64,000 bases of DNA from assembly GCA_040767925.1 (NCBI GenBank), contig JAXGNN010000001.1, positions 1,411,679 to 1,475,678 of the forward strand, given 5' to 3'. Every line of letters begins with the position of its first letter. Within the stretch, counting starts at the first letter, position 1. Below are positions 11,845 to 20,043 of this stretch, piece after piece. Both the position numbers and the translations under genes were made by a program. The notes beneath the pieces are model-generated. The model was given only the letters and a program-made list of their open reading frames with translations, was not told where the DNA came from and made no database searches. The stretch is from Christensenellales bacterium (GTDB lineage: Bacteria > Bacillota > Clostridia > Christensenellales > CAG-138).

Positions 11845-12405
11845 TCAATCCTGACTGCTTCCGGATCCGCCGCCGCCCTCCTTGGGCGCCGCCGCGCCGT
11901 CCTTCTCATCCTCCTCGTCGAACACGAACGCCGCGCGCAGGCGGTCGCCGCCGCCGTGCCCGGAACGCGCCGCTTCCTGCTTTTTGCGCGCTTCCTCGAG
12001 CGCCTTGCGGTCGGTGAGGACGATGTTCACCACGATGAGCGCGAGCATCGCCACGAGGCCGATAGCCCAGAGTACGGTGTTGATCGTGGCGTACTGAGCC
12101 GCCGTCAGGGCAAGCGCTTCGCCGTAGGCCGTGTCCGCGAGGAACTCGAAGGCGCTGTTGGCGAGGATGACGATGGATGCGAACGCGCACAACAGGCGCA
12201 TCACGAGGCGGTAGGTCTCCGGCTTGCACTTGGGGAACTCGTTGTGGATGAGCCGGCCCTTGCCCCGGATCGCCCCCACCATCAGGTAGACGGCGATGAG
12301 GGCCTTGAAGAGCACCATCACCAGGTTGGTTGAGCCTGCGGCGGCCTCCTCTGCCGTTGTGGACGCCGCGTCCATCGCGAGCCATGCGGATGTCAGGTAT
12401 TCCAT
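11845..12405 (-). CDS. Hypothetical membrane protein (3 TM)
   Basis: GGAG RBS before MEYLT; three hydrophobic segments, charged C-terminal tail. Confidence 0.7.
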   Translation of the reverse strand: MEYLTSAWLAMDAASTTAEEAAAGSTNLVMVLFKALIAVYLMVGAIRGKGRLIHNEFPKCKPETYRLVMRLLCAFASIVILANSAFEFLADTAYGEALALTAAQYATINTVLWAIGLVAMLALIVVNIVLTDRKALEEARKKQEAARSGHGGGDRLRAAFVFDEEDEKDGAAAPKEGGGGSGSSQD

Positions 12406-12500
12406 ATTGCTTCTCCGTTTCCAAGTATTGATTATCATACCATTCCGGAGGGCTTAATAAACCCCCCGGCGGCAAAATTCAAACAATGTTAACCAGTCAT

Positions 12501-13898
12501 TCACAGGCGCTTGAGCTTCGCGCCTTCCTTGCCGTCCTCCACGGCGAAGCCCATGGCCTTGAGCGCCTCGCGGATCTCGTCCGCGCGCGCCCAGTTCTTC
12601 GCGGCGCGGGCCGCTTTCCTCTCCTCGAGAAGGTCGAGCGCCTCCTTCGGGAACGCCTCTTCCTTCTTATGCCGGAGGATGCCCATGACGGAGCAGACGT
12701 CCCGCAGGAGGGCGTCCGCCGCCCTGAGCGAAGCCTCGCCGCGCGGCTCGCTGATGAAGCCGTTCGCGGCGCGCGTAAAGTCGAACAGCACGCCGATGGC
12801 GTCCGCGGTGTTGAGGTCGTCCTCCATCGCCTCCTCCCAGCGCCCGCGGAACTCCGCGACGGAGGCGATGAACGCCTCGTCCTCCGCGGTGGACGAGGGC
12901 GCGGGTTTCGCGAGCGCCTCGTCGAGCCGCTCGCGCGCGTTGCGGATGCGCAGGAGCGCGGCGTCGGCCTGTTCCACGAGCTCGCGGGAGAAGTTGACGG
13001 GGTTCCTGTACTGCGCGCTCAAAAGGAAGAAGCGCACGGCCTCGAGGTCGAATTCCTTAGCGATGTCGCGCACGAGCATGAAGTTGCCGAGGGACTTGGA
13101 CATCTTCTCGTTGTTGATGTTGATGTAGCCGTTGTGCATCCAGTAGCGCGCGAAGGGTTTTCCGGTCGCGGCCTCGCTCTGCGCGATCTCGTTCTCGTGA
13201 TGCGGGAAGACGAGGTCCTGCCCGCCCGCGTGGATGTCGAAGGTTTCGCCCAGAATGTTCATGCTCATGGCGGAGCACTCGATGTGCCAGCCGGGGCGGC
13301 CGCGGCCCCAGGGCGTCTCCCAGCTCGGCTCGCCGGGCTTCGCGCCTTTCCAGAGGGCGAAGTCGAGCGGGTCGCGCTTGTGCTCGGTCGGGTCGATGCG
13401 CGCGCCGCTCTCGAGGTCCTCGATCGACTGGCCGGAGAGCTTGCCGTAGGCCGGGTAGCTCCTGACGGAGAAGTACACGTCCCCGTTGTCGGCGGCGTAG
13501 GCGTGGCCCTTGTCGATGAGGGTTTGGACGAGGGCGACGATCTCGCCGATGTGCTCCGTCGCGCGGGGGTTGACGCTCGAGCGCTCGACGCCCAGCGCGT
13601 CCGCGTCGGTATAGTATTCCTGAATGTAGCGCTCGGCGACCTCGGGGACGGTGATGCCCTCCTCGCCGGCGCGGCGGATGAGCTTGTCGTCGATGTCCGT
13701 GAAGTTCTGCGCGAAGACGACGTTGAAGCCCTTATACTCGAGGTAGCGGCGCAGCGTGTCGAACACCACGAAGGGGCGCGCGTTGCCGATGTGGAAGAAG
13801 TTATAGACCGTCGGCCCGCACACGTACATGCGGATCACGCCGGGGGTGAGGGGGACGAGCTCCTCCTTCCTGCGGGTCATGGTATTGTATATCTGCAT
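12501..13898 (-). CDS. cysS: Cysteine--tRNA ligase
   Basis: CGPTVY, HIGNAR, GRPGWHIEC, KMSKS. Confidence 0.98.
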   Translation of the reverse strand: MQIYNTMTRRKEELVPLTPGVIRMYVCGPTVYNFFHIGNARPFVVFDTLRRYLEYKGFNVVFAQNFTDIDDKLIRRAGEEGITVPEVAERYIQEYYTDADALGVERSSVNPRATEHIGEIVALVQTLIDKGHAYAADNGDVYFSVRSYPAYGKLSGQSIEDLESGARIDPTEHKRDPLDFALWKGAKPGEPSWETPWGRGRPGWHIECSAMSMNILGETFDIHAGGQDLVFPHHENEIAQSEAATGKPFARYWMHNGYININNEKMSKSLGNFMLVRDIAKEFDLEAVRFFLLSAQYRNPVNFSRELVEQADAALLRIRNARERLDEALAKPAPSSTAEDEAFIASVAEFRGRWEEAMEDDLNTADAIGVLFDFTRAANGFISEPRGEASLRAADALLRDVCSVMGILRHKKEEAFPKEALDLLEERKAARAAKNWARADEIREALKAMGFAVEDGKEGAKLKRL

Positions 13899-13916
13899 AA
13901 AGCTTAAAATCCTTTC

Positions 13917-15290
13917 TCAGTGCCTGTGCGAGGCCTTATATTGGTGGGCGAGGGTCACCGCGGCGGTCATGGTGAGCTTTTCGTGCGCGTCCACCTGGAA
14001 GTCGACGCACGCGTTTCTCACCTCCGTCCGCTCGAAGGGGACGTCCTCGGCCTCGAGCAGCTCGCACACGATGTCGATGAAATCCGCGATGCGCGGGTAT
14101 CTCATCTCGACCGTCAGGGGGAACACCCCGGGCGAGCCGGCATCCCTTGCGGTAGCGGCGAGCAGCACGTTCTGCGGCAGCCCGCCGCGACTACACGCGC
14201 ACAGGAGCACCTTCGATGCGTACGAGTCGGCCTCGACGCCGTCGAGCAGCAGCAAAAAGCGCAGCGGCTGGCGGCGGAGCGTTTCGATGAGACTTTGGAC
14301 GTCCGTCCCCTCCGGACGGGAAAAAACCACGACGCGCAGCTCGGGCAAATCCTCCGCGAGGTTGAGCGCGAGGGCGGTTTTTCCGCTGCCCTCCGGGCCG
14401 TAAATGAGCGCGTGGGAGGCGCTCTCCCCCCGCATGAAGGAGATGACGCTGTCGGTAAGCGCGGCCCTTTGTTCATCATAGTATGAGACGGGGCAAACGG
14501 AGGGCACGCTCTCGGTCGGGACGAGCGCGCCGCCCTCGGCGAAGAAGACGCGCGCGCGCAGGAAGGAGCCCGCGCCGTAGACCGCGAACAGGTTCCAGAT
14601 ATCCTCGAACGCGCCGCGCCAGTCCGGCGATTTCAAAAGGCGCAGGTAGATCTCCTCAAGCGCCTCGTCCGCGGCCCATTCGCCGCGAAGCGCCTGCTCC
14701 CCGTAATGCCAGGGCAGCCACTCGTGCTCCGGCGGAAGGGGAAGGATCGCGCCCTGCCCGTTCCCCGAGGCCGGGGCGGGCTTAACGTCCGCCGGGGGCG
14801 CGGGGCGCGGGGTCGAGCCGCTCCAGAGCGCCGTGGACATGAGGGAGATGTCGTCCTTCGCGTAGCGCGGGCGAAGCTGCAATTCGCGGTGCTTCTCCGT
14901 CGCCATGCGCACGAGGTCGGCGCTCGAGAGCGAGGCGAGCTCGCCCAGCGCCGCGAGGTCCGCCTTCATGGCGAGCTGCTCGGGCTCGTCGAGCCTGCCC
15001 GCGGCGGCCATGAGCGCGAAGGAATGCTCCCGCTCGAAGATGAGCGAGAGGAGATAATCCATAAAAAGGTCCCCGCTGACCCTGCGCGCGCCCGAACGGA
15101 GCAGCGCGCGGGCGAGGTCGTGGTAAATGCGGTAAGCCGCGTGCGTATCCCCCAAATAGAGCGCGAACGCATATTCGCGCAGCACGTCGAGCGGGCCCCC
15201 GGGCTCGTCGTAGAGCACCGTGAGCCGCGATGTGAGCACGGCGATTCGCTGCGCGCCTTCCGCGGCGCCGCAATCCCTGAAATCGCGCAT
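13917..15290 (-). CDS. DUF815-like AAA+/P-loop ATPase
   Basis: C-terminal Walker A GPEGSGKT, degenerate Walker B LLLLDG; GGAGG RBS before MRDF. Confidence 0.6.
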   Translation of the reverse strand: MRDFRDCGAAEGAQRIAVLTSRLTVLYDEPGGPLDVLREYAFALYLGDTHAAYRIYHDLARALLRSGARRVSGDLFMDYLLSLIFEREHSFALMAAAGRLDEPEQLAMKADLAALGELASLSSADLVRMATEKHRELQLRPRYAKDDISLMSTALWSGSTPRPAPPADVKPAPASGNGQGAILPLPPEHEWLPWHYGEQALRGEWAADEALEEIYLRLLKSPDWRGAFEDIWNLFAVYGAGSFLRARVFFAEGGALVPTESVPSVCPVSYYDEQRAALTDSVISFMRGESASHALIYGPEGSGKTALALNLAEDLPELRVVVFSRPEGTDVQSLIETLRRQPLRFLLLLDGVEADSYASKVLLCACSRGGLPQNVLLAATARDAGSPGVFPLTVEMRYPRIADFIDIVCELLEAEDVPFERTEVRNACVDFQVDAHEKLTMTAAVTLAHQYKASHRH

Positions 15291-15437
15291 CAAGACCTCC
15301 ATGAACCGGCGCAATCATTTCCAAAGCAGATTCCAACACGATAATAATAGCATAAAAGTATTCCAAGTGATATAATAATTTCCGCTTTATTGAGCTCAAA
15401 AAGCGGCGAAGCCGCGGTTGAACGCGAAGAGGTATTC

Positions 15438-16547
15438 ATGAGAAAAACGGTTCTGTTCACGGGCGGGGGCTCCGCCGGGCACGTCACGCCCAACGTCGCG
15501 CTCTTCCCCAGGCTTCTCGAAGAGGGCTGCGACATCCATTATATCGGCACGGCCGAGGGCATCGAGCGCGCCATCATCGAGGGGCGCGCGGGCATAACGT
15601 ACCACGCGATCTCCTCGGGGAAGCTCCGGCGCTACTTCTCGTGGAAAAACTTCACGGACCCCTTTCGCGTGCTCGCGGGCGTCGCGCAGGCGGAGAGGAT
15701 CATAAAGAACATCCGGCCCGACGCCGTGTTCAGCAAGGGCGGCTTCGTCAGCGTGCCCGTGGTGGTCGCGGCCAAACGGCTGAAAATCCCCGTCGTCACG
15801 CACGAGTCGGACTACAGCCCGGGCCTCGCCAACCGCATCAACGCGCGCTTCGCGGACAAGGTCTGCGTCACCTTCGAGGATACGCTCAAGCAAGTCGGCG
15901 AAAAGGGAATCCACACGGGCACGCCCATCCGCCCGGAACTCTATTTCGGCAAGCGAGAAAAAGGGCTTTCCTTCCTCGGCTTTTCGGGCGAAAAGCCCGT
16001 GCTGCTCGCCATGGGCGGCAGTCTCGGCGCGGCGGCCGTCAACGAGGCGCTGCGCGGCGCGCTGAGCGCTTTAATCGAAACCTTCGACGTCGTCCACCTC
16101 TGCGGCAAGGATAAATTGGACGAGGCGCTCCTCGACATCAAGGGCTACCGCCAGTTCGCGTACGTCGACCGGGAGCTGCCGGACGTTTTCGCCGCCGTCG
16201 ATCTGATCGTTTCCCGCGCGGGCGCGAACGCCGTGTTCGAGTTCCTCGCGCTCTCGAAGCCCGCGCTCCTGATCCCCTTGCCGCGCAGCGCGAGCCGGGG
16301 CGACCAGATATTGAACGCGGCGTATTTCGCGCGAAAAGGCTATTCGATGATGCTCGAGCAGGAGAACCTCTCCCCCGGGACGCTGCTCGAGGCCGTAAAC
16401 GAACTTTATGCCGGCAGGCAGTCCTATATTTCCACCATGGGCCGCGAGCCGCTCGCCGACGGCACGGAGGAGGTGCTCTGTGTCCTCCGCGGCGTCCTGT
16501 ACGAGGAGCGCAGGCGCAAGGCAAAGGAGAACGCGCGCGGCGATTGA
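15438..16547 (+). CDS. murG: Undecaprenyl-PP-MurNAc-pentapeptide GlcNAc transferase
   Basis: TGGGSAGHV, KGGFVS, GGSLGA, SRAGA, DQILNA. Confidence 0.93.
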   Translation: MRKTVLFTGGGSAGHVTPNVALFPRLLEEGCDIHYIGTAEGIERAIIEGRAGITYHAISSGKLRRYFSWKNFTDPFRVLAGVAQAERIIKNIRPDAVFSKGGFVSVPVVVAAKRLKIPVVTHESDYSPGLANRINARFADKVCVTFEDTLKQVGEKGIHTGTPIRPELYFGKREKGLSFLGFSGEKPVLLAMGGSLGAAAVNEALRGALSALIETFDVVHLCGKDKLDEALLDIKGYRQFAYVDRELPDVFAAVDLIVSRAGANAVFEFLALSKPALLIPLPRSASRGDQILNAAYFARKGYSMMLEQENLSPGTLLEAVNELYAGRQSYISTMGREPLADGTEEVLCVLRGVLYEERRRKAKENARGD

Positions 16548-16632
16548 TTTTTATTTTTCTCGTTTCTTGAAAACATACTAAAACATGCCCGCGCTTTTTG
16601 TGCGGGCATGAATTTCGTTTCGATCGTTTCGA

Positions 16633-17418
16633 TCAGTTTTTCGTAAAATGCAAAATCGCCTCGAGCACGGCGCCGCCGACGGCGCGCGCCTTGTCCGAGA
16701 CCGTGAAGCACGAAGCGGCGTTCCCGCGCGGGTCGATGTCCCCGCTCTTCATGCCGCGTTTGACGATCGCGCCGTCCGGCAGCAGGCCGCGCAGCACCCC
16801 CGCGATCCGGGCCGCGAGGGGCACGCCGTCCACCAGAGCGACAATCTCCCCCGCTTCGACGAAATCCCCGATCTGCTTTTTTCCGGTAAAGACGCCGTCC
16901 GCGGGCGCGCGCAGCAGCCGCTCGGGCCCTTTGCCCGCGATCTCGCCCGGCGTGCCGGTGTTCGCAAGCGGCGAGCCCGCGTAGTAGACCCGCCCGAGGT
17001 CGTGGCCGCGCATGGTTTCAATCGCCGCGTGGCAGTCCGCTCCCGCCGTGAAGCCGGGGCCGAGCGCGACGACGATGGGCGCGTCCGCGATGCGCGTGCC
17101 GGTGTTCCGTTTCGCCATGATGGCGTCGACGAGCGCGTCCGGGCGGAGCTCCTCCCGGCACGCCGCGTCCGGGTCGACGAGGAGCGCGATCGATCCCTCC
17201 CGCGCGAGGCGAAGCGCGTCCGAGGCGCCTTCGGCGAGCTTCGCCGTCACGCCCTCGACCGCCGTTTCCCCGAGCGTCACCGCCTCGGAGAAGGAAACCG
17301 TGCGGCGGATGGCCGTGGGGCGCGGGACGTCGGTCATCACGACCTCCATGCCCGCCAGGAACAGCCGCATGGCGACGCCCGTCGCAAGATCCCCCGCCCC
17401 GCGGATCAAAACGAGCAT
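16633..17418 (-). CDS. yqeB: Selenium-dependent molybdenum hydroxylase system protein YqeB
   Basis: IRGAGDLATG, IRRTVSF, DAIMAKRN.GT, ETMRGHDLGR, GDIDPR, SDKARAVGG. Confidence 0.9.
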   Translation of the reverse strand: MLVLIRGAGDLATGVAMRLFLAGMEVVMTDVPRPTAIRRTVSFSEAVTLGETAVEGVTAKLAEGASDALRLAREGSIALLVDPDAACREELRPDALVDAIMAKRNTGTRIADAPIVVALGPGFTAGADCHAAIETMRGHDLGRVYYAGSPLANTGTPGEIAGKGPERLLRAPADGVFTGKKQIGDFVEAGEIVALVDGVPLAARIAGVLRGLLPDGAIVKRGMKSGDIDPRGNAASCFTVSDKARAVGGAVLEAILHFTKN

Positions 17419-17419
17419 A

Positions 17420-18127
17420 TCATTCCCTCCAGATCGCCTTGACGGCGGATTCGTCCCTGAGCGCCGCGGCGACGACGGTGCCTGCGCCCCAGACAGAAGC
17501 GAAGCGCTCCGCCAAGGCGAGCGCGGCCGCGCAGTCGACCTGGTTGACGAGCACGGTCTTCGCGGGGAAGCGCGCTTTCATCGCTTGTGCGGCGAGCTCG
17601 GGCGTGACGAGGGCGTTGACGTCCGTTTCCAGCGCCCGGGCGTAGAGCTCCGGCCTGTGCGCGGCCTCGGCGATGGGGCGGTTGAAGCCCGACGCGCCGA
17701 CGACCGCGACGACCCGCGCGCCCTCAGGGACGACCGGCTCGTGCGCCGCGTGCGCTTTCAGGGGGAGCCCCTTGGCGCCGTCCGCCTCGACGAGCACGTA
17801 GTCCGCGAGCTCCGCGAGCCGCGGGAAGGCGACCTGCGGCGCGGCGAGCTTGCCGTCCTCGGCGTTTGTCCCCGCGCACACGAGCGGGGAGAGGATCAGC
17901 GCGGCCTCGATCGCCCCCGCGGTGCCCGCCACGAGGGGGATCCCTTCCGGCGGGTACATGCGCGTGGACGTCGAAACGACGACGCGGCCCTTTTTTACGA
18001 GCTCGCGCGCGAGCCGCAGCACGAGGGACGTCTTCCCGCCCGAACCGATGACGGCCGTGATCCCCGGCGCTACGCCAAGCGCCCGAAAGAGCGGAATATC
18101 GCTTGAAAAATCGATGCGTTTCATCAT
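17420..18127 (-). CDS. yqeC: Selenium cofactor biosynthesis protein YqeC
   Basis: GSGGKTS, VSTST, VEADGAKGLPLKAH..HEPV; directly upstream of yqeB. Confidence 0.88.
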   Translation of the reverse strand: MMKRIDFSSDIPLFRALGVAPGITAVIGSGGKTSLVLRLARELVKKGRVVVSTSTRMYPPEGIPLVAGTAGAIEAALILSPLVCAGTNAEDGKLAAPQVAFPRLAELADYVLVEADGAKGLPLKAHAAHEPVVPEGARVVAVVGASGFNRPIAEAAHRPELYARALETDVNALVTPELAAQAMKARFPAKTVLVNQVDCAAALALAERFASVWGAGTVVAAALRDESAVKAIWRE

Positions 18128-18134
18128 AAACCCC

Positions 18135-18158
18135 CGTTATTCCAGAATGAGTATAACA
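18135..18158. promoter_or_regulatory. Candidate ModE-type operator over the yqeC -10 region
   Basis: CGTTAT-N12-ATAACA, one mismatch to a CGTTAT-N12-ATAACG palindrome; minus-strand TTGACA 18172-18177 and TATACT 18150-18155. Confidence 0.5.
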
Positions 18159-18197
18159 CATGCGCCCGCCGTGTCAACCGCGCCGAAAGTATGATAT

Positions 18198-18252
18198 AAT
18201 AACCGCAATAACCGCAATAACCGCAATAACCGCAATAACCGCAAATAACCGC
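18198..18252 (+). repeat. 9-bp tandem repeat (AATAACCGC)x6
   Basis: Five perfect units at 18198-18242, one extra A, sixth unit at 18244-18252. Confidence 0.95.
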
Positions 18253-18286
18253 GAGGATAAGCCGGAGGTGCGTCGTGGAGGGGAAC

Positions 18287-18613
18287 ATGAGCTATAAGCT
18301 GAACCTGCGCCTGTTTCGGGAGGGGAAGTGCTTCGGGCCGGGCATCGCGGAGCTGCTGCGCCGCGTGGAGGGCACGCATTCGCTGCGCGCGGCGGCCGCG
18401 GGGATGGAAATGGCCTATTCGAAGGCCTGGCGCATCATGAAGGAGACCGAGGCCGCGCTGGGCTTCCGCCTCATCCACTCCACGACGGGCGGGCACGGCG
18501 GCGGCGGCGCGGAGCTGACCCCCGAGGGGCGGGACATGCTCCGGAAATACGACGCCATGGTCGCCGCGCTGCACAAAGAGGCGGACAGGCTGCTTTCGGA
18601 ATTATATAACTAA
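18287..18613 (+). CDS. ModE-like winged-helix regulator (DNA-binding domain only)
   Basis: FGPGIAELL....THSLRAAA..M.MAYSKAW...GG.GGGGAELT; no TOBE domain. Confidence 0.85.
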   Translation: MSYKLNLRLFREGKCFGPGIAELLRRVEGTHSLRAAAAGMEMAYSKAWRIMKETEAALGFRLIHSTTGGHGGGGAELTPEGRDMLRKYDAMVAALHKEADRLLSELYN

Positions 18614-18705
18614 CAAGTAAGAGTGAATCGCGCATAACTGCTGCACGAAGGGATTCCACATTGCGGAATCGCTGATTTTATTCGCTTTTTCCGCCGCGGC
18701 GGAAA

Positions 18706-18745
18706 GCGATTCATTATTACTTATTCCCTAATTACTTATTCCCTA
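18706..18745 (-). repeat. Second short-period array after the tatD stop
   Basis: Minus strand TAGGGAA TAAGTAA TTAGGGAA TAAGTAA TAATGAA TCGC (15-bp direct repeat x2). Confidence 0.7.
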
Positions 18746-19513
18746 TTGGCTGATATGAAAGAGCCTCTTCGCGTTCTCCAGCGTGAGGGAGGCGATGCGC
18801 TCGGGATCGTCGTTCCGAAGCGCGGCGAGGCGGCGGACGATGTGGGGGATGTTCGAGGGGTCGTTGCGGCGGCCGCGCACGGGCACGGGCGCGAGGTACG
18901 GGCAGTCCGTTTCGACGAGGAGGCGGTCGTCCGGTACGTATTTGGCGACGTCGAGGAGCCGCCTGGCGTTCTCGAAGGTGACCGCGCCGCCGAGCGCGAT
19001 GTAGAGGCCGAGGTCCAGGCATTCCCGCACCGTCTCGACCGAGCCGGAATAGCAGTGCATCTCGCCCGAAAGGCCGTCCCTGTGCGCGCGAAGGATGTCG
19101 AGGGCGTCCCCGAACGCCTCGCGCACGTGCAGCTGCACGGGGAGGTTCCCTTCCCTCGCCATCTCGAGCTGGCGGATGAACACGCGCTTCTGATCGGGCT
19201 TTTCCGAAAAATCATAGTGGTAGTCGAGGCCGATCTCCCCGAGGGAGACGGCCTTTTCGTCCGCGAGCGCGCGAAAGAGCTTCCCCTCCCAATCCGCGCC
19301 GGGGCTGGAGGCGACGTGCGGGTGGATGCCGTAGGCGGCGTAGATGAAGGGATAGCGCCGCGTCATCTCGCGCGTGACGTCGAACTCGTCCGCCTCGCAG
19401 GCGACGTTGATGACATACGAAAGCCCTTTGCCGGGCAGGGAGGCGATGAGCGCCTCGCGGTCGGAATCGAATTTTTCATCGCACAGATGCGCGTGCGTGT
19501 CGAAGCAGTTCAC
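18743..19513 (-). CDS. tatD: TatD family deoxyribonuclease
   Basis: DTHAHL, GIHPH, GEIGLDY, HVREA, HCYSG, ETDCPYL. Confidence 0.93.
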   Translation of the reverse strand: MNCFDTHAHLCDEKFDSDREALIASLPGKGLSYVINVACEADEFDVTREMTRRYPFIYAAYGIHPHVASSPGADWEGKLFRALADEKAVSLGEIGLDYHYDFSEKPDQKRVFIRQLEMAREGNLPVQLHVREAFGDALDILRAHRDGLSGEMHCYSGSVETVRECLDLGLYIALGGAVTFENARRLLDVAKYVPDDRLLVETDCPYLAPVPVRGRRNDPSNIPHIVRRLAALRNDDPERIASLTLENAKRLFHISQ

Positions 19514-20043
19514 AGCATCAGCTCCATGAGGATTTCGTCATAGTATTGCCCGCGGATGCACATATGCTCCCTGCGCCGCCCGCATTCCGTGAAGCCGAAG
19601 CGGCGGTACAGCGCGAGCGCCCGCGCATTGTCGGCGCGCGCCTCGAGCATGAGCTTATGGTAGCCCCATTCCCGCGCCATGTCGACGGCGAGCGTCATCG
19701 CGACGGAGCCGATGCCGAGATGCCAGCAGCTCTCGCGCAAGGCGATGCCGAAGACGGCGTTGTGCCTGATGCGCTGCCGGGTGGAGAAGGGATTCACGGA
19801 GAACATCCCCGCGATCTCGCTGTCGACCAGCGCGAGGAACGTGCCCTGCCTCGGATTGATGAGCGAGGCCGCGAGCTTCTCAGCCTCCTCCTCGGCGGTG
19901 ACCTGCCAGCCGCTTTCATCGGTGTTGAGGAAATCCGTCTCCCGCCCGACGATTTTGGAAAACGCGATTAAGGCGGCGGAGTCTTCCGGCTCCGCCTCCC
20001 TGACGACGAGCAGTTTTCCGTTTTTGAGGGGGACGCGCTCCAT
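19510..20043 (-). CDS. GNAT family N-acetyltransferase
   Basis: W.LGIG motif A, N.RA..LY.RFGF. Confidence 0.85.
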   Translation of the reverse strand: MERVPLKNGKLLVVREAEPEDSAALIAFSKIVGRETDFLNTDESGWQVTAEEEAEKLAASLINPRQGTFLALVDSEIAGMFSVNPFSTRQRIRHNAVFGIALRESCWHLGIGSVAMTLAVDMAREWGYHKLMLEARADNARALALYRRFGFTECGRRREHMCIRGQYYDEILMELML

